A stretch of DNA of 59,225 nt, counting the filler. It is 5 parts of 5 records of this genome, joined end to end, with 100 filler letters (N's around TTAATTAATTAA, not from the genome) between each part and the next. Parts side by side here need not be neighbours in the genome. Positions count along the whole stretch, not along the records: positions 8,603 to 35,555 come from DRR723986_7016; positions 35,656 to 43,191 come from DRR723986_7032; 3 more parts are not named here. The stretch is one strand, 5' to 3'. Position numbers and translations under genes: made by a program. The notes under the pieces were generated by a model. The model was not told where the DNA came from, searched no databases, and saw only the letters and a program-made list of their open reading frames with translations. The number at the start of each line of letters is the position of its first letter. Positions within the stretch are counted from its first letter, which is position 1. Below, one piece after another: positions 26,539-36,951 of this stretch.

Positions 26539-28863
26539 ATGAGCAAGACGAGTCAAACCAACCGTCGACAAATTCTGAAGGGACTCGGCGCAGGGGCAGT
26601 CGCATCGTCGGCAGCAACCCAATTAGTGCGGGGCGCGGATACGGACGACCAAATCGAATTGGGATGGTCCGAAGCAAATGACAGGCCTTGGATTGGACCC
26701 GAATTCTGGGCCAATCCGATGGAGGACTGGTGCACGCGTGATGGGAAAGTGGAGTGCATTGCTGCGTCTGGTGGACGCAATGTGCACTGGATTACGAAAC
26801 GCATCGTTGCACCGCAGGCAGGTTTTCGAACAAGCATCACTGTCGAAACCGCAGAGGTCGGTAGCGGCGATAGTAGTTTCGGGTTCCGGCTGGGTGTGCG
26901 AAGCGATATCGACGAAACTCGTAGCAATTGCTTTGCATCCGGTGGCATCCCCGTCGGCGTCCGAGGTGGCAAGCTGATTCTGAAGCGAAAGACGGTTGAG
27001 GTCGATATCCCACAGGAAGAAACTCTCCGTTTGGAGGTCACTTGCAAAGAGGCGCCTGGCGGGAAAGTTCGGCTGCAGGTGAGTCTGTTCGCTCAAAGTG
27101 GACAACTGCTGGCGACAATCGGGGCAGTTGTCGCAGCACCAGATCTCATCGGAAACGTTTGTTTCGTCAATGGCCTCGACAGTAAGCAGAAGAAGTGCAC
27201 TCGCTATCGATTCTCCGACTGGATCCTGGACGGTGACGCCGTAGAAACCAATCCAGACGCGCGGTTCGGAGCAATCCTTTGGACCATGTACACATTGACC
27301 GATTCGCGAAGCGATGACGGATTCGTACTCAGGCTAACCGCGTTGCTTCCACCGCTTGGGAAAGACGATAGCACTTCCGTACATCTCGAATTTAGAGATG
27401 GCGACAACTGGGAGCGAAGGGAAACAACTGAGCTGGATCCTGATTCCTATACCGCTACGTTTGAGTTGCGTGGCTGGGACGAGACGGTGCCCGCAGACTA
27501 CCGTGTTGTTTACGATGAAGCGCGTCGAGAAGCCCCGCCAGTACAGCATACGTTTGAAGGCACAGTGCGGTCGAATCCCAAGGATCGACCACTGCGAATG
27601 GCTGCGATGACGTGTCAAAAAGACTACGCATTTCCGTATGAGCCGGTCGCTGAGAATGTTCTTGCGCTCGATCCAGACTTGGTTTATTTCTCTGGTGACC
27701 AGTTGTACGAAAACCACGGTGGGTTCGGAATCATTCGCGAGCCAGCCGATCGAGCGATTTTGAACTACCTTCGTAAGTACTACATGTTCGGTTGGGCGTT
27801 TCGCGAATGTATGCGAAGTGCCCCAACCGTGTGCATACCCGACGACCACGACGTCTTCCAAGGAAACATCTGGGGGGAAGGTGGAGCGCCGATGAAGGAC
27901 ATCTCGAAAGGGGCGTCCAGCAAGGGCGGCTATCGCGAGCCAGCGAGGATGGTCAATGTGGTGCACCGGACAAATGCGTCGCACCATCCGCAGCCTGCCG
28001 ACTCGACTCCTGTTCGACAGGGCATCAGCGTCTACTATGGCGACCTAGTGTACGGAGATGTCAGTTTTGCCATCCTTTCTGATCGACAATTCAAGAGCGG
28101 CCCAACGCGAGTCGAGACGGGTAGTGGGCGAGCTGATCACGTGCTCGATCCAAGCTTCGACACCGCGGTGCTCGACCGCGACGGATTGGTTCTCCTTGGT
28201 GAACGGCAGGAGTCCTTTCTTCAGCAATGGGCAAGCGATTGGAGAGGACATAGCCTGAAGGTTGTCTTGAGTCAGACCGTTTTCGCGGGGGTCGCCACGC
28301 ATCACGGGAAGTACGATGGCTACCTGAAGGCGGACCTGGATTCAGGGGGTTGGCCGCAGACGGCACGAGATCGTGCAATTGAGATTCTCAAGCCAGCAAG
28401 TGCACTGCACATCAACGGTGATCAACACCTTACATCGCTTTGCCAATACGGAGTCGACAAGCAGCGAGACGCATTTTGGTCTTTCTGCACACCAGCTATC
28501 GCCGCCGGCTACCCACGATGGTGGCGTCCCGATGAAATTGACATGCCACACGAAGGCCGGCCAGATCATGACTTGCCGAATACCGGCGAGTATCTGGATG
28601 GTTTTGGAAATCGTGTCTATGTTTACGCAGTTGGCAATCCTGAGGTGGGGACGGAAAAGAATCGCTACGATCTTGCTCATCAAAAGGGAAGCGGATTCGG
28701 CTGGGTAGTCATGGATCCAAAGAAGAAGACGTATACTGTCAATGCTTTCCGATTTCGCTGCGATCCGAAGAGCGATGATCCATCAGAGCAGTTCCCAGGT
28801 TGGCCGGTTGTAATCCACCAGTCTGAGAATGCCGGTGGGCGCAACATTGGCAAGCGAGGCTGA
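26539..28863 (+). CDS. Tat-exported PhoD-like metallophosphatase with a large N-terminal extension
   Basis: NRRQILKG Tat motif; GDQLYE, DDHDV, LSDRQFK and GDQH motifs. Confidence 0.85.
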   Translation: MSKTSQTNRRQILKGLGAGAVASSAATQLVRGADTDDQIELGWSEANDRPWIGPEFWANPMEDWCTRDGKVECIAASGGRNVHWITKRIVAPQAGFRTSITVETAEVGSGDSSFGFRLGVRSDIDETRSNCFASGGIPVGVRGGKLILKRKTVEVDIPQEETLRLEVTCKEAPGGKVRLQVSLFAQSGQLLATIGAVVAAPDLIGNVCFVNGLDSKQKKCTRYRFSDWILDGDAVETNPDARFGAILWTMYTLTDSRSDDGFVLRLTALLPPLGKDDSTSVHLEFRDGDNWERRETTELDPDSYTATFELRGWDETVPADYRVVYDEARREAPPVQHTFEGTVRSNPKDRPLRMAAMTCQKDYAFPYEPVAENVLALDPDLVYFSGDQLYENHGGFGIIREPADRAILNYLRKYYMFGWAFRECMRSAPTVCIPDDHDVFQGNIWGEGGAPMKDISKGASSKGGYREPARMVNVVHRTNASHHPQPADSTPVRQGISVYYGDLVYGDVSFAILSDRQFKSGPTRVETGSGRADHVLDPSFDTAVLDRDGLVLLGERQESFLQQWASDWRGHSLKVVLSQTVFAGVATHHGKYDGYLKADLDSGGWPQTARDRAIEILKPASALHINGDQHLTSLCQYGVDKQRDAFWSFCTPAIAAGYPRWWRPDEIDMPHEGRPDHDLPNTGEYLDGFGNRVYVYAVGNPEVGTEKNRYDLAHQKGSGFGWVVMDPKKKTYTVNAFRFRCDPKSDDPSEQFPGWPVVIHQSENAGGRNIGKRG

Positions 28864-28963
28864 TGGAACTCGACGACCGAGAACCTGCCCTAAAATTTAA
28901 TGCACAGCACAAGAACGCACTGTGTTTCTGTTGATGCTTTCAACCAGTAGAGAACTTAACGCG

Positions 28964-30520
28964 ATGCAACGTCCAGAATTGATAAGTTTAACCAAGCACA
29001 TCACGATAGCCTTCCTTGGCCTATTGGGATTGTCTTTAGGGCCTTCAACGCTGTTGGGCGATTCACCTGGATCTGGTGCTCAATCGCAGGCGGCGGATTC
29101 GCAGCCGAACATCATATTCATCCTGGCCGATGACCTCGGTTATCGTGAACTAGGGTGTTATGGTCAGACGAAGATTAAGACGCCCAATATCGATCGATTG
29201 GCAACACAAGGAATGCGGTTCACGCAGCATTATTGCGGTAATGCGGTGTGTGCGCCGTCACGATGCGTCTTAATGACGGGAAAAGATCCCGGCCACGCGT
29301 TCGTGCGGGACAACAAATCCACGCCTCCTGAGGGTCAATGGCCGATCCCCGATGCGGAGGTCACGGTTCAAGAGTTGTTGAAGCAGCAGGGCTATGCGAC
29401 GGGGGCATTTGGAAAGTGGGGCCTTGGCGGGCCAGACTCAACCGGAATGCCAGCACAGCAAGGAGTAGACCGATTCTTCGGCTACCTTTGCCAGGCTCAC
29501 GCTCATAGCTACTATCCCGCGTTTCTTCGCGACAATGGTGAGCGTTTTGAGCTTGAGAATTGGCCACCTGTCCCCGGACACGCCTCCCTGGCGAAGGATG
29601 CTGATCCCGCGAATCCTGATTCCTATCGCGTGTTTCAGGGAACCGACTATGCACCCGATCGAATCAACAAAGCTGCCTTGGACTTCGTTCGGGAAAACAA
29701 AGATGGCCCGTTCTTCCTTTACTATCCAAGTGTCATCCCACACGTCGCGTTGCACGTGCCAGATTCGGATCTGAAACAGTATCTCGATCTTGGGTGGAAC
29801 GACCCACCATTTACGAAGGCGAAGGGGTACGGCTACACGCCCCACTTTACTCCCCGCGCGGCATACGCGGCGATGATCTCGCGACTAGATATGTACGTCG
29901 GCAGACTCCTTGATCAACTGGACGAACTCGGGTTGTCAGACAACACAATTGTGGTCTTCAGTAGCGATAACGGAACGACGCACCTGGGCGAGGAGGTCGA
30001 CTACGACTTCTTCGATAGTGTCGGCGAACTCCGTGGACTCAAGGGCTCTCTGTACGAAGGTGGAATTCGAGTGCCGACAATCGTTCGCTGGCCTGGGAAG
30101 GTCGCAGCAGGGAGCACCAGTGACTATGTTTCTGGTTTCGAAGACTGGTTGCCAACCTTTGTGGAGCTATCCGGACAGAAAGCACCGAGCGACCTGAGTG
30201 GTGTGAGCTTGTTGCCAACGCTGATGGGCAAGGACCAGAAACCTCGTGAGTATTTGTACCGAGAGTTTGCGGGTTACGGTGGCCAACAAATCATTCGAGT
30301 GGGTGACTGGAAAGCCGTTCGCCAGAATCTGAAACGGAAGAAGATGATTGTCACCGAGCTCTATAACTTGGCGGATGACCCGAGCGAAGCAAAGAACCTC
30401 GCGAGCGAGAATCCCGAGAAGGTTGCGAAGCTGGAAGCTGCAATGAAGGCTGCGCGTACGCCCAGCAGGGATTTTCCGATTGCAGTCCTGGATGCACTTC
30501 ACGCCGCCGAGGCAAATTAG
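28964..30520 (+). CDS. Formylglycine-dependent sulfatase (arylsulfatase A-like)
   Basis: PNIIFILADDLG, CAPSRCVLMTG, GKWGLG, SDNG, KGSLYEGGIRVP. Confidence 0.95.
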   Translation: MQRPELISLTKHITIAFLGLLGLSLGPSTLLGDSPGSGAQSQAADSQPNIIFILADDLGYRELGCYGQTKIKTPNIDRLATQGMRFTQHYCGNAVCAPSRCVLMTGKDPGHAFVRDNKSTPPEGQWPIPDAEVTVQELLKQQGYATGAFGKWGLGGPDSTGMPAQQGVDRFFGYLCQAHAHSYYPAFLRDNGERFELENWPPVPGHASLAKDADPANPDSYRVFQGTDYAPDRINKAALDFVRENKDGPFFLYYPSVIPHVALHVPDSDLKQYLDLGWNDPPFTKAKGYGYTPHFTPRAAYAAMISRLDMYVGRLLDQLDELGLSDNTIVVFSSDNGTTHLGEEVDYDFFDSVGELRGLKGSLYEGGIRVPTIVRWPGKVAAGSTSDYVSGFEDWLPTFVELSGQKAPSDLSGVSLLPTLMGKDQKPREYLYREFAGYGGQQIIRVGDWKAVRQNLKRKKMIVTELYNLADDPSEAKNLASENPEKVAKLEAAMKAARTPSRDFPIAVLDALHAAEAN

Positions 30521-30634
30521 TGGTGCGCTCTCGAGGCAGTAGGTTCTCGGCACTGAAGAGTTTGTAGAGGCAATAACACGCCTTGCAGCAGAACCTAAAG
30601 TTCACGCAACCAGCACATTAACGACATTCTCAAT

Positions 30635-32197
30635 TTGGATTCCGCTGTGATAATTAGCCAGGCCTTTTCGTTTTTGCCGCTGAAGTATGGGTCGTCACAA
30701 ACAGCGACTCCGCTGCTGCGGTGTGTTTCTGGGTGGTGCGGAGCATTCTTGGTCATGCTGTCTGCGCTCAACACTGTTGCACACGCGCAGCAGTCCAATG
30801 AGAAAGCCGCGAAAACACGCCCCTTGAACGTGGTCATGATCGCAGTTGACGACTTGCGGCCGGAGCTGGCTTGCTATGGTGCGACTCATATACATTCGCC
30901 GAACATCGATCGCCTTGCTCGTAGTGGCCTGCGTTTTGATCGGGCGTACTGCCAAGTAGCGGTGTGCGGTGCGTCGCGCGCCAGCTTGATGAGCGGCTGC
31001 AGACCTGAGACGACCGACTGCTGGGACTATAAAACTCTTCTCAAGACCAAGATGCCGGATGTCCTGACATTGCCGCAGCACTTCCGAGCCGCTGGGTACA
31101 ACACGACGTTCCTTGGCAAGGTCTACCACTCTGGTACCGATGACCCGAAGGGGTGGAGTTTGAACGCCAACCGTTTGGCCCCCAAGCAGCCTGGAAAGGG
31201 CAGAGGCTATGTGCTTGATCACAAAGTCATTCGGAATCCTGGAAACCCAAAACTGAAACGCGGTCCGAGTGTTGAAAATGGCGGCGATGTTCCCGATGAC
31301 GCCTACAACGATGGACACAACGCAGACCGGGCGTTGAAGATCATCAAACAGCTTGCCGAGAAGGAGAAACCGTTCTTTTTCGCAGTTGGTTTCAGCAAGC
31401 CGCATTTACCTTTTGTTGCCCCGCAAAAGTATTGGGATCTCTACGATCGCGATTCGATTGTTGTGCCCAGCCGCGAAGAAGTCATCGACGGCGTTGCCTA
31501 CGCACGAAGCACATGGGGTGAGCTCAAGAATTATCCTGACATACCGACAAACGTAACGCATCTGGATGATGACAAAAGCCGCGAGTTAATGCATGGCTAC
31601 TACGCGTCGATCAGCTTCATGGATGCACAGGTCGGCAAGGTGATTCGAGGTTTGGAAGAGGCTGGTCTCCGGCAGAACACAATCGTCGTTCTCTGGGGAG
31701 ACCACGGTTGGCACCTCGGCGATTTCGGTTCCTGGTGCAAACACACAAACTACGAAATTGCAACTCGGGTGCCCTTGATTGTGTCGGCTCCGGATGGGCC
31801 AACGAACTCCCAATCTTCTGCACTTGTTGAGTTTGTTGATATCTATCCTTCACTGTGCGGCCTCGCAGGGCTGCCGGTGCCTGGCCACTGCCAAGGAACC
31901 AGTTTCGTACCGGTGCTAGATGAGCCGCAGCGAGCTTGGAAGGAAGCGGCGTTCAGCCAGTATGTGAAGAAGAAGCCTGGCAGCGGCGCGATGCTTGGGA
32001 CGAGCGTACGCACGGAACGTTTCCGTTTTACGCAGTGGCGCAGTAAGAAGAGTGGTGAACTCGACGCAGAGGAACTGTTTGATCTCAAGAAGGATCCAGG
32101 AGCAACGCGGAATGTCATCAAGCTAGAAGAGTACGACGGATTCTTGCCAACACTTCGCGATCTGTGCGAAAAATCGGCTACTGGTGTGCGTCCCTAA
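30635..32197 (+). CDS. Formylglycine-dependent sulfatase (iduronate-2-sulfatase-like)
   Basis: VDDLRP, CGASRASLMSG, GKVYH, KPHLPF, GDHGWHLG; start uncertain. Confidence 0.92.
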   Translation: MDSAVIISQAFSFLPLKYGSSQTATPLLRCVSGWCGAFLVMLSALNTVAHAQQSNEKAAKTRPLNVVMIAVDDLRPELACYGATHIHSPNIDRLARSGLRFDRAYCQVAVCGASRASLMSGCRPETTDCWDYKTLLKTKMPDVLTLPQHFRAAGYNTTFLGKVYHSGTDDPKGWSLNANRLAPKQPGKGRGYVLDHKVIRNPGNPKLKRGPSVENGGDVPDDAYNDGHNADRALKIIKQLAEKEKPFFFAVGFSKPHLPFVAPQKYWDLYDRDSIVVPSREEVIDGVAYARSTWGELKNYPDIPTNVTHLDDDKSRELMHGYYASISFMDAQVGKVIRGLEEAGLRQNTIVVLWGDHGWHLGDFGSWCKHTNYEIATRVPLIVSAPDGPTNSQSSALVEFVDIYPSLCGLAGLPVPGHCQGTSFVPVLDEPQRAWKEAAFSQYVKKKPGSGAMLGTSVRTERFRFTQWRSKKSGELDAEELFDLKKDPGATRNVIKLEEYDGFLPTLRDLCEKSATGVRP

Positions 32198-32251
32198 GCG
32201 GTACTATGTTGCTGACCTGTAGCCTCCGAATCACTCCTTGGGCATCAAAAG

Positions 32252-33319
32252 TTGAACGAACTGGAAAGACTCGCACCGCTCACCGCTGAGCAACTGTTGA
32301 TTGATTATCTGCCCGAGCAACTTCCGCGGTGGAGAGTCACCAAGGCACTGTTGATTACGAGCGGACGCGGACAAACGGCTGAGGTCGTCGCGCAGACTTC
32401 GTCGTGTACAGCGTGTGACGTATGGTACATCGATTTGTTTCTTGCAACGCTTGCTCGTGAGTACTTGCCAGAGCAAGTGGGCGAATGTCCGATATCGGTC
32501 TCCTGTAGCTCCGATATGCCGGACGAGGCGTACGATCTGATCGCAATTGCCACCAGCAAGAAAGCAGAGGCAGAGCTGACGCGCGACTATCTTCAGCAGG
32601 CCCACCAGCAGCTAGTTGATGGCGGTCGAATGGTCGTGGCCGTTGATGCACCTAGCGACACTTGGGTGCACGAGCAACTGAGCAGTATGTTCTCAAAAGT
32701 GACTCGCCAGCCGGGATCGAGCGGCGTTGTCTACATTGCCCGGAAGACGGCCGAGCTTAAGAAAGTGAAGGATTTCTGGTGCGAATTTCCGTTTCGCGAT
32801 GAGCATGACAAGATTTGGCAGCTCAAGACGCGTCCGGGCTTGTTCTCGCATCGTCGCTTGGACGCTGGAGCTCGACAACTGATGCGGACCGGCGAGATTG
32901 GGCCGAACGACAGCGTTCTCGATCTTGGTTGTGGAGCTGGTGCACTTGCTTTGACCGCATCGGGGCAGACGACAAGTACAGTATACGCCGTAGACTGCAA
33001 CGCTCGGGCAACGCAGTGCACCTCGCTCAGCGCCGACGCGAATCAGGCGGAGAATATCGAAGTCATCCTAAACGCGGACGGGGCAATCGGGCTGGACGGC
33101 ACAATTGACCTCGTACTTGCCAACCCACCTTACTTCGGCGGTGATGCGATTCCAATTCACTTCGTCGAAACGTCCATCTCAGCTTTGCGAAGCGGCGGAG
33201 CACTGCTGGTCGTCAACAAAAAACCATCGTGGTACTCTGAATACTTCGAAGGCAAACTGGACGACATCGCCATCATCGAGACTGGCAAGTATTTCGTCGC
33301 CTGCGGCCGCAAACCGTAG
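32252..33319 (+). CDS. Class I SAM-dependent methyltransferase (RsmC/RlmG-like)
   Basis: PGLFSHRRLDAG, LDLGCGAG, NPPY. Confidence 0.85.
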   Translation: MNELERLAPLTAEQLLIDYLPEQLPRWRVTKALLITSGRGQTAEVVAQTSSCTACDVWYIDLFLATLAREYLPEQVGECPISVSCSSDMPDEAYDLIAIATSKKAEAELTRDYLQQAHQQLVDGGRMVVAVDAPSDTWVHEQLSSMFSKVTRQPGSSGVVYIARKTAELKKVKDFWCEFPFRDEHDKIWQLKTRPGLFSHRRLDAGARQLMRTGEIGPNDSVLDLGCGAGALALTASGQTTSTVYAVDCNARATQCTSLSADANQAENIEVILNADGAIGLDGTIDLVLANPPYFGGDAIPIHFVETSISALRSGGALLVVNKKPSWYSEYFEGKLDDIAIIETGKYFVACGRKP

Positions 33320-33328
33320 TTCAGAACG

Positions 33329-35542
33329 CTACTTTGTGGCTTGATTCATCGCAGCGCTCTGGATCGGGGTCGGATCGACCGCAAAGCAGCTTCTGCCATG
33401 AGTGGCGATTACCAGAACGTTATCGCGTGGGTGTATCGCCATGTCATAAACTGAAGCGGTTGGTAGGTTCCCGCACAGCGAGACCCATTTGCCATCTCCA
33501 GTGTAACTGGCGTAAACGCCCATATCCGTGCCGACGTAAATCAGCCCGGCCACCTTTGGGTCTTCCAGTACGACGTTCACCGGCTCAGACGGCAACTGCT
33601 GGCCGATATTCACCCAGCTTTCTCCGAGATCATCACTGCGGAAAACATACGGTTTGAAGTCATCGATTCCCGCGCCGCTTTGGGCTGTAAAGATTGTTTC
33701 GTGAGAATGGACTGATGCGAGAACACGCGAAAAAGTGCGTTTGGGGAAGTCGGCGTCAATGGATGTCCAGGTAAGGCCATCGTCTTTGGTGACGTGCAAG
33801 TCGGCGTTGTCGGTTCCGGCGATGATCAGCCCCGCTTGAAGTGGTGACTCTGCCAATGTCGTGACGGCGCGATACCTCGGATTCTTCACCTTGTCGTCCG
33901 AAACCAAGTCTTCGCTAATCGGCTTCCACGAGTCCCCTCGATCGGTCGATTTGAAAACGCGGTTCGCACCAAAGTACCAAGTGCGTTTGTCGTGACTTGA
34001 TGGAAAGAATGGCGACATCCACGCAAAGCGCAAGCGCTCTCCTTTGACCGATGGCTGGATGCGTTTGACTTCACCGCTTAACATGTCCTTCCTTCGCAAT
34101 TCTCCCATTTGATGCTCGTAGAAGATCGTGCCGGCGTCGGACGGATCCTGATAAGTGAAATAAGAGTCGCCGCCGCCCCAGGGATCGAGATAGACGTGCT
34201 GCCAAGGATCTGGCCTTCCCGTTTTGGGCCGTGATGTAATTGGACCGAAAAGGGCTGCGTTGTCTTGCGTTCCGATGTAAGCGTTGGGGGGATGTTCCAT
34301 GTCCAACGTGACCGCGTAGCATTCGCTAATCGGCATATTGTTGTAGTGCAACCAAGTTTGGCATCGATCGTGCGAAACGAAGATTCCCCCATCAGTTCCG
34401 AAAACCACGTGGTCCGCATTGGACGGATTGATCCACATCGAGTGGGTATCAAGGTGAATTACGTCCGCCCCATGAGGAAGAAGGTGGACGATCTCGCCTT
34501 CGATCTTCTTGAAGCGATTGCCTCCATCGGAGGAGATGTAGGAGTTTTGCCCTATGCTGTAAACTTGTTGCGAATCATCGGGCGAAACGCGCAGCTCACA
34601 CCAGTCCCAGCGGGCCTGTAGTTCTTCACTGCGCTTCTGCCAACTATCTCCGCCGTCTGTGGAACAATACAAGCCATCTCGCTGTCCCTCGTCGGCAAGT
34701 GCATACAGCGTGCTGGGTGCGGACGGGGCGATGGCAATAGCAATTCTGCCAACGTTCTTGCCGGTCGGAAGACCGTTTGTCAGCGATTCCCAATTGTCAC
34801 CTGCGTCGGTGGTTCGATAGATCCCACTGGACGGCTTTGGGGGCGTGGGCGACTTCACTGAACTGTAGTTGGTTCGGGCCCACATGGAAGCGAACAGCGT
34901 TTCGGGATGCGATGGGTGCATCGCCAAGTCAATTGCGGCGGTATGGTCGTTGATATAAAGGACCTTTTCCCAGGTCTCGCCACCATCGATTGTGCGGAAG
35001 ACGCCTCTCTGTTGATTGTTGCTGTTCTGGTGGCCAATGGCAGCGACGTAGACAATGCTAGGGTTTGTTGGGTGGATGATCACTCTGGCAATATGTTGAG
35101 TGTCCACGAGCCCCATGCACATCCAAGTCGCGCCTGCATCGACTGATTTGAACACTCCGGATCCCGGCAATGACGAACGAGCAAGGAGAACTTCTCCGGT
35201 CCCAAGCCAGATCGTATCGGGGGCTGAAGCAGAAACTGCAACATCGCCAACAGCAATCGACGACTGATGATCGAAGATGGGCTTCCATGTGGTGCCCGCA
35301 TTGACGGTCTTCCAAAGCCCACCTGAACCAACACCGACATACATCGTCGATGGTTTGGACGGATGAGCCGCGATGCTCTCGATTCGGCCTCCGGAGAAAA
35401 CGGGACCGATCAACTCCCAATCCAAGTCAGCATGTGGTGAACTGCGACGCATCGCCTCGTGAAGTGCCCAGCTATCGCTGCGTTCGGCGGAATTCGTTGC
35501 TTGATCGGAAGTGTCCTTTGGCGCCTCTACGTCAGCTTGCAA
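33329..35542 (-). CDS. VPS10/BNR (Asp-box) beta-propeller protein, glycosyl hydrolase-like; probably 5'-truncated by the contig end
   Basis: Many S/T-x-D-G-G-x-T/S-W repeats; GP...GGRI N-terminal motif; IATHGR C-terminus. Confidence 0.88.
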   Translation of the reverse strand: MQADVEAPKDTSDQATNSAERSDSWALHEAMRRSSPHADLDWELIGPVFSGGRIESIAAHPSKPSTMYVGVGSGGLWKTVNAGTTWKPIFDHQSSIAVGDVAVSASAPDTIWLGTGEVLLARSSLPGSGVFKSVDAGATWMCMGLVDTQHIARVIIHPTNPSIVYVAAIGHQNSNNQQRGVFRTIDGGETWEKVLYINDHTAAIDLAMHPSHPETLFASMWARTNYSSVKSPTPPKPSSGIYRTTDAGDNWESLTNGLPTGKNVGRIAIAIAPSAPSTLYALADEGQRDGLYCSTDGGDSWQKRSEELQARWDWCELRVSPDDSQQVYSIGQNSYISSDGGNRFKKIEGEIVHLLPHGADVIHLDTHSMWINPSNADHVVFGTDGGIFVSHDRCQTWLHYNNMPISECYAVTLDMEHPPNAYIGTQDNAALFGPITSRPKTGRPDPWQHVYLDPWGGGDSYFTYQDPSDAGTIFYEHQMGELRRKDMLSGEVKRIQPSVKGERLRFAWMSPFFPSSHDKRTWYFGANRVFKSTDRGDSWKPISEDLVSDDKVKNPRYRAVTTLAESPLQAGLIIAGTDNADLHVTKDDGLTWTSIDADFPKRTFSRVLASVHSHETIFTAQSGAGIDDFKPYVFRSDDLGESWVNIGQQLPSEPVNVVLEDPKVAGLIYVGTDMGVYASYTGDGKWVSLCGNLPTASVYDMAIHPRDNVLVIATHGRSCFAVDPTPIQSAAMNQATK

Positions 35543-35555
35543 ACCTTCTACGTCA

Positions 35556-35655
35556 NNNNNNNNNNNNNNNNNNNNNNNNNNNNNNNNNNNNNNNNNNNNT
35601 TAATTAATTAANNNNNNNNNNNNNNNNNNNNNNNNNNNNNNNNNNNNNNNNNNNN
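35556..35655. other. Contig-joining spacer
   Basis: N run with TTAATTAATTAA. Confidence 0.99.
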
Positions 35656-35853
35656 AACTGATCAGTTAATAGTTAAAATCTTTCACGAATGCGCTTCGAT
35701 GGCTGCAGAAATCACTCGAAGAACAAAAGATAACATCACAAATTCCGGGACTTCTTCTATAGTAACGGGAATAACAACGTAATATGCTGCGGGGATTCTG
35801 CGGCTACATTACCGAACGCAAAGATTCAAGGCACGCGATCAAGGACATAAACA

Positions 35854-36870
35854 ATGAGGAAACTGTTGTACGCTCTGGCAGCCTCTGCGCTGCTGTTTAC
35901 CTCCTGGGCCCAGGCACAGCCGGAGCTGAGGTCTGATCATCCTGAGCGTTACACTGTCGTCAAAGGGGACACCCTCTGGGACATTTCAGCGCGATTCCTG
36001 AACAACCCGTGGTACTGGCCGGAAATCTGGCACGTGAACCCGCAGGTTGCCAACCCACACCTGATCTATCCCGGTGACCGCCTGGCACTGGTGTACATCG
36101 ATGGCAAGCCCCGGATTACCAAGGTCGCGACCAGCGATGTGGTGAAGCTCTCGCCTCAGGTTCGTTCCGAGGCCATCGACACACCAATACCGGCCATCCC
36201 CCTGGATGCCATCGCCAGTTTCCTGACAGAAACCCGTATTGTCAGCCCGGAAGAAATTAACGGTGCGCCCTATGTGCTTGAAGGTGAGGACGGCCGCATC
36301 ATCACCGGTGCCGGTGACCGTATTTACGCTCGCGGCGAGAAGCCGGCCGATCGCGTGGGTATTTTCCGTCGCAGTAAGGAATTTGTGGATCCGGACACTG
36401 GCGAGTTCCTTGGCCTGGAAGCCCGGAGCATTGCCCGCGGCAACGTTAATGCCGAAAACGGTGATGTGTTGACCGTAGGCATTACCAAATCCAGTGAGGA
36501 AGTGCGTATTGGCGACCGGCTACTGGTGAATGAAGATCGCCGGCTGACCACCAGCTTCGTGCCCAGCTCGCCGGATAGTGAGATCGAAGGCAAGATGATT
36601 TCTGTCGATGGCGGTGTCAGCCAGATCGGTCAGTACGATGTGGTCGCCATTAACCGTGGTGAGCGCGAAGGCCTGGCGCCCGGTAATGTGCTGGCGGTGC
36701 TAAAGGCGGGCAACATGGTTCGTGACCCGGTCACCGGCGAAACCATTGAATTGCCGTCTGAGCGGGCTGGCCTGCTGATGGTGTTCCAGGCCTATGAGAA
36801 AATGAGCTACGGTCTGGTGCTGCAGGCAACGCGGCCCCTCTCGGTGGGTGACAAGGTCACCAATCCCTGA
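35854..36870 (+). CDS. LysM peptidoglycan-binding protein (TsaP-like)
   Basis: Signal peptide; YTVVKGDTLWDIS...WPEIW...NPHLIYPG; usual position upstream of dprA. Confidence 0.9.
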   Translation: MRKLLYALAASALLFTSWAQAQPELRSDHPERYTVVKGDTLWDISARFLNNPWYWPEIWHVNPQVANPHLIYPGDRLALVYIDGKPRITKVATSDVVKLSPQVRSEAIDTPIPAIPLDAIASFLTETRIVSPEEINGAPYVLEGEDGRIITGAGDRIYARGEKPADRVGIFRRSKEFVDPDTGEFLGLEARSIARGNVNAENGDVLTVGITKSSEEVRIGDRLLVNEDRRLTTSFVPSSPDSEIEGKMISVDGGVSQIGQYDVVAINRGEREGLAPGNVLAVLKAGNMVRDPVTGETIELPSERAGLLMVFQAYEKMSYGLVLQATRPLSVGDKVTNP

Positions 36871-36903
36871 GGCCGCGCGTTTGATGAGTTGAAGGAATAA
36901 GAC

Positions 36904-36938
36904 ATGGCCGGGCCGGAATGCCCGGCCATTGTTGTTTT
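36904..36938 (+). terminator. Hairpin with T-rich tail between lysM and dprA
   Basis: ATGGCCGGGC-CGGAAT-GCCCGGCCAT followed by TGTTGTTTT. Confidence 0.55.
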
Positions 36939-36951
36939 CAAGGAAGAGAAA

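Noticed and set aside
30964-30978. Sulfatase motif CGASR instead of CxPxR
   Set aside because: CxAxR is a known variant among formylglycine sulfatases
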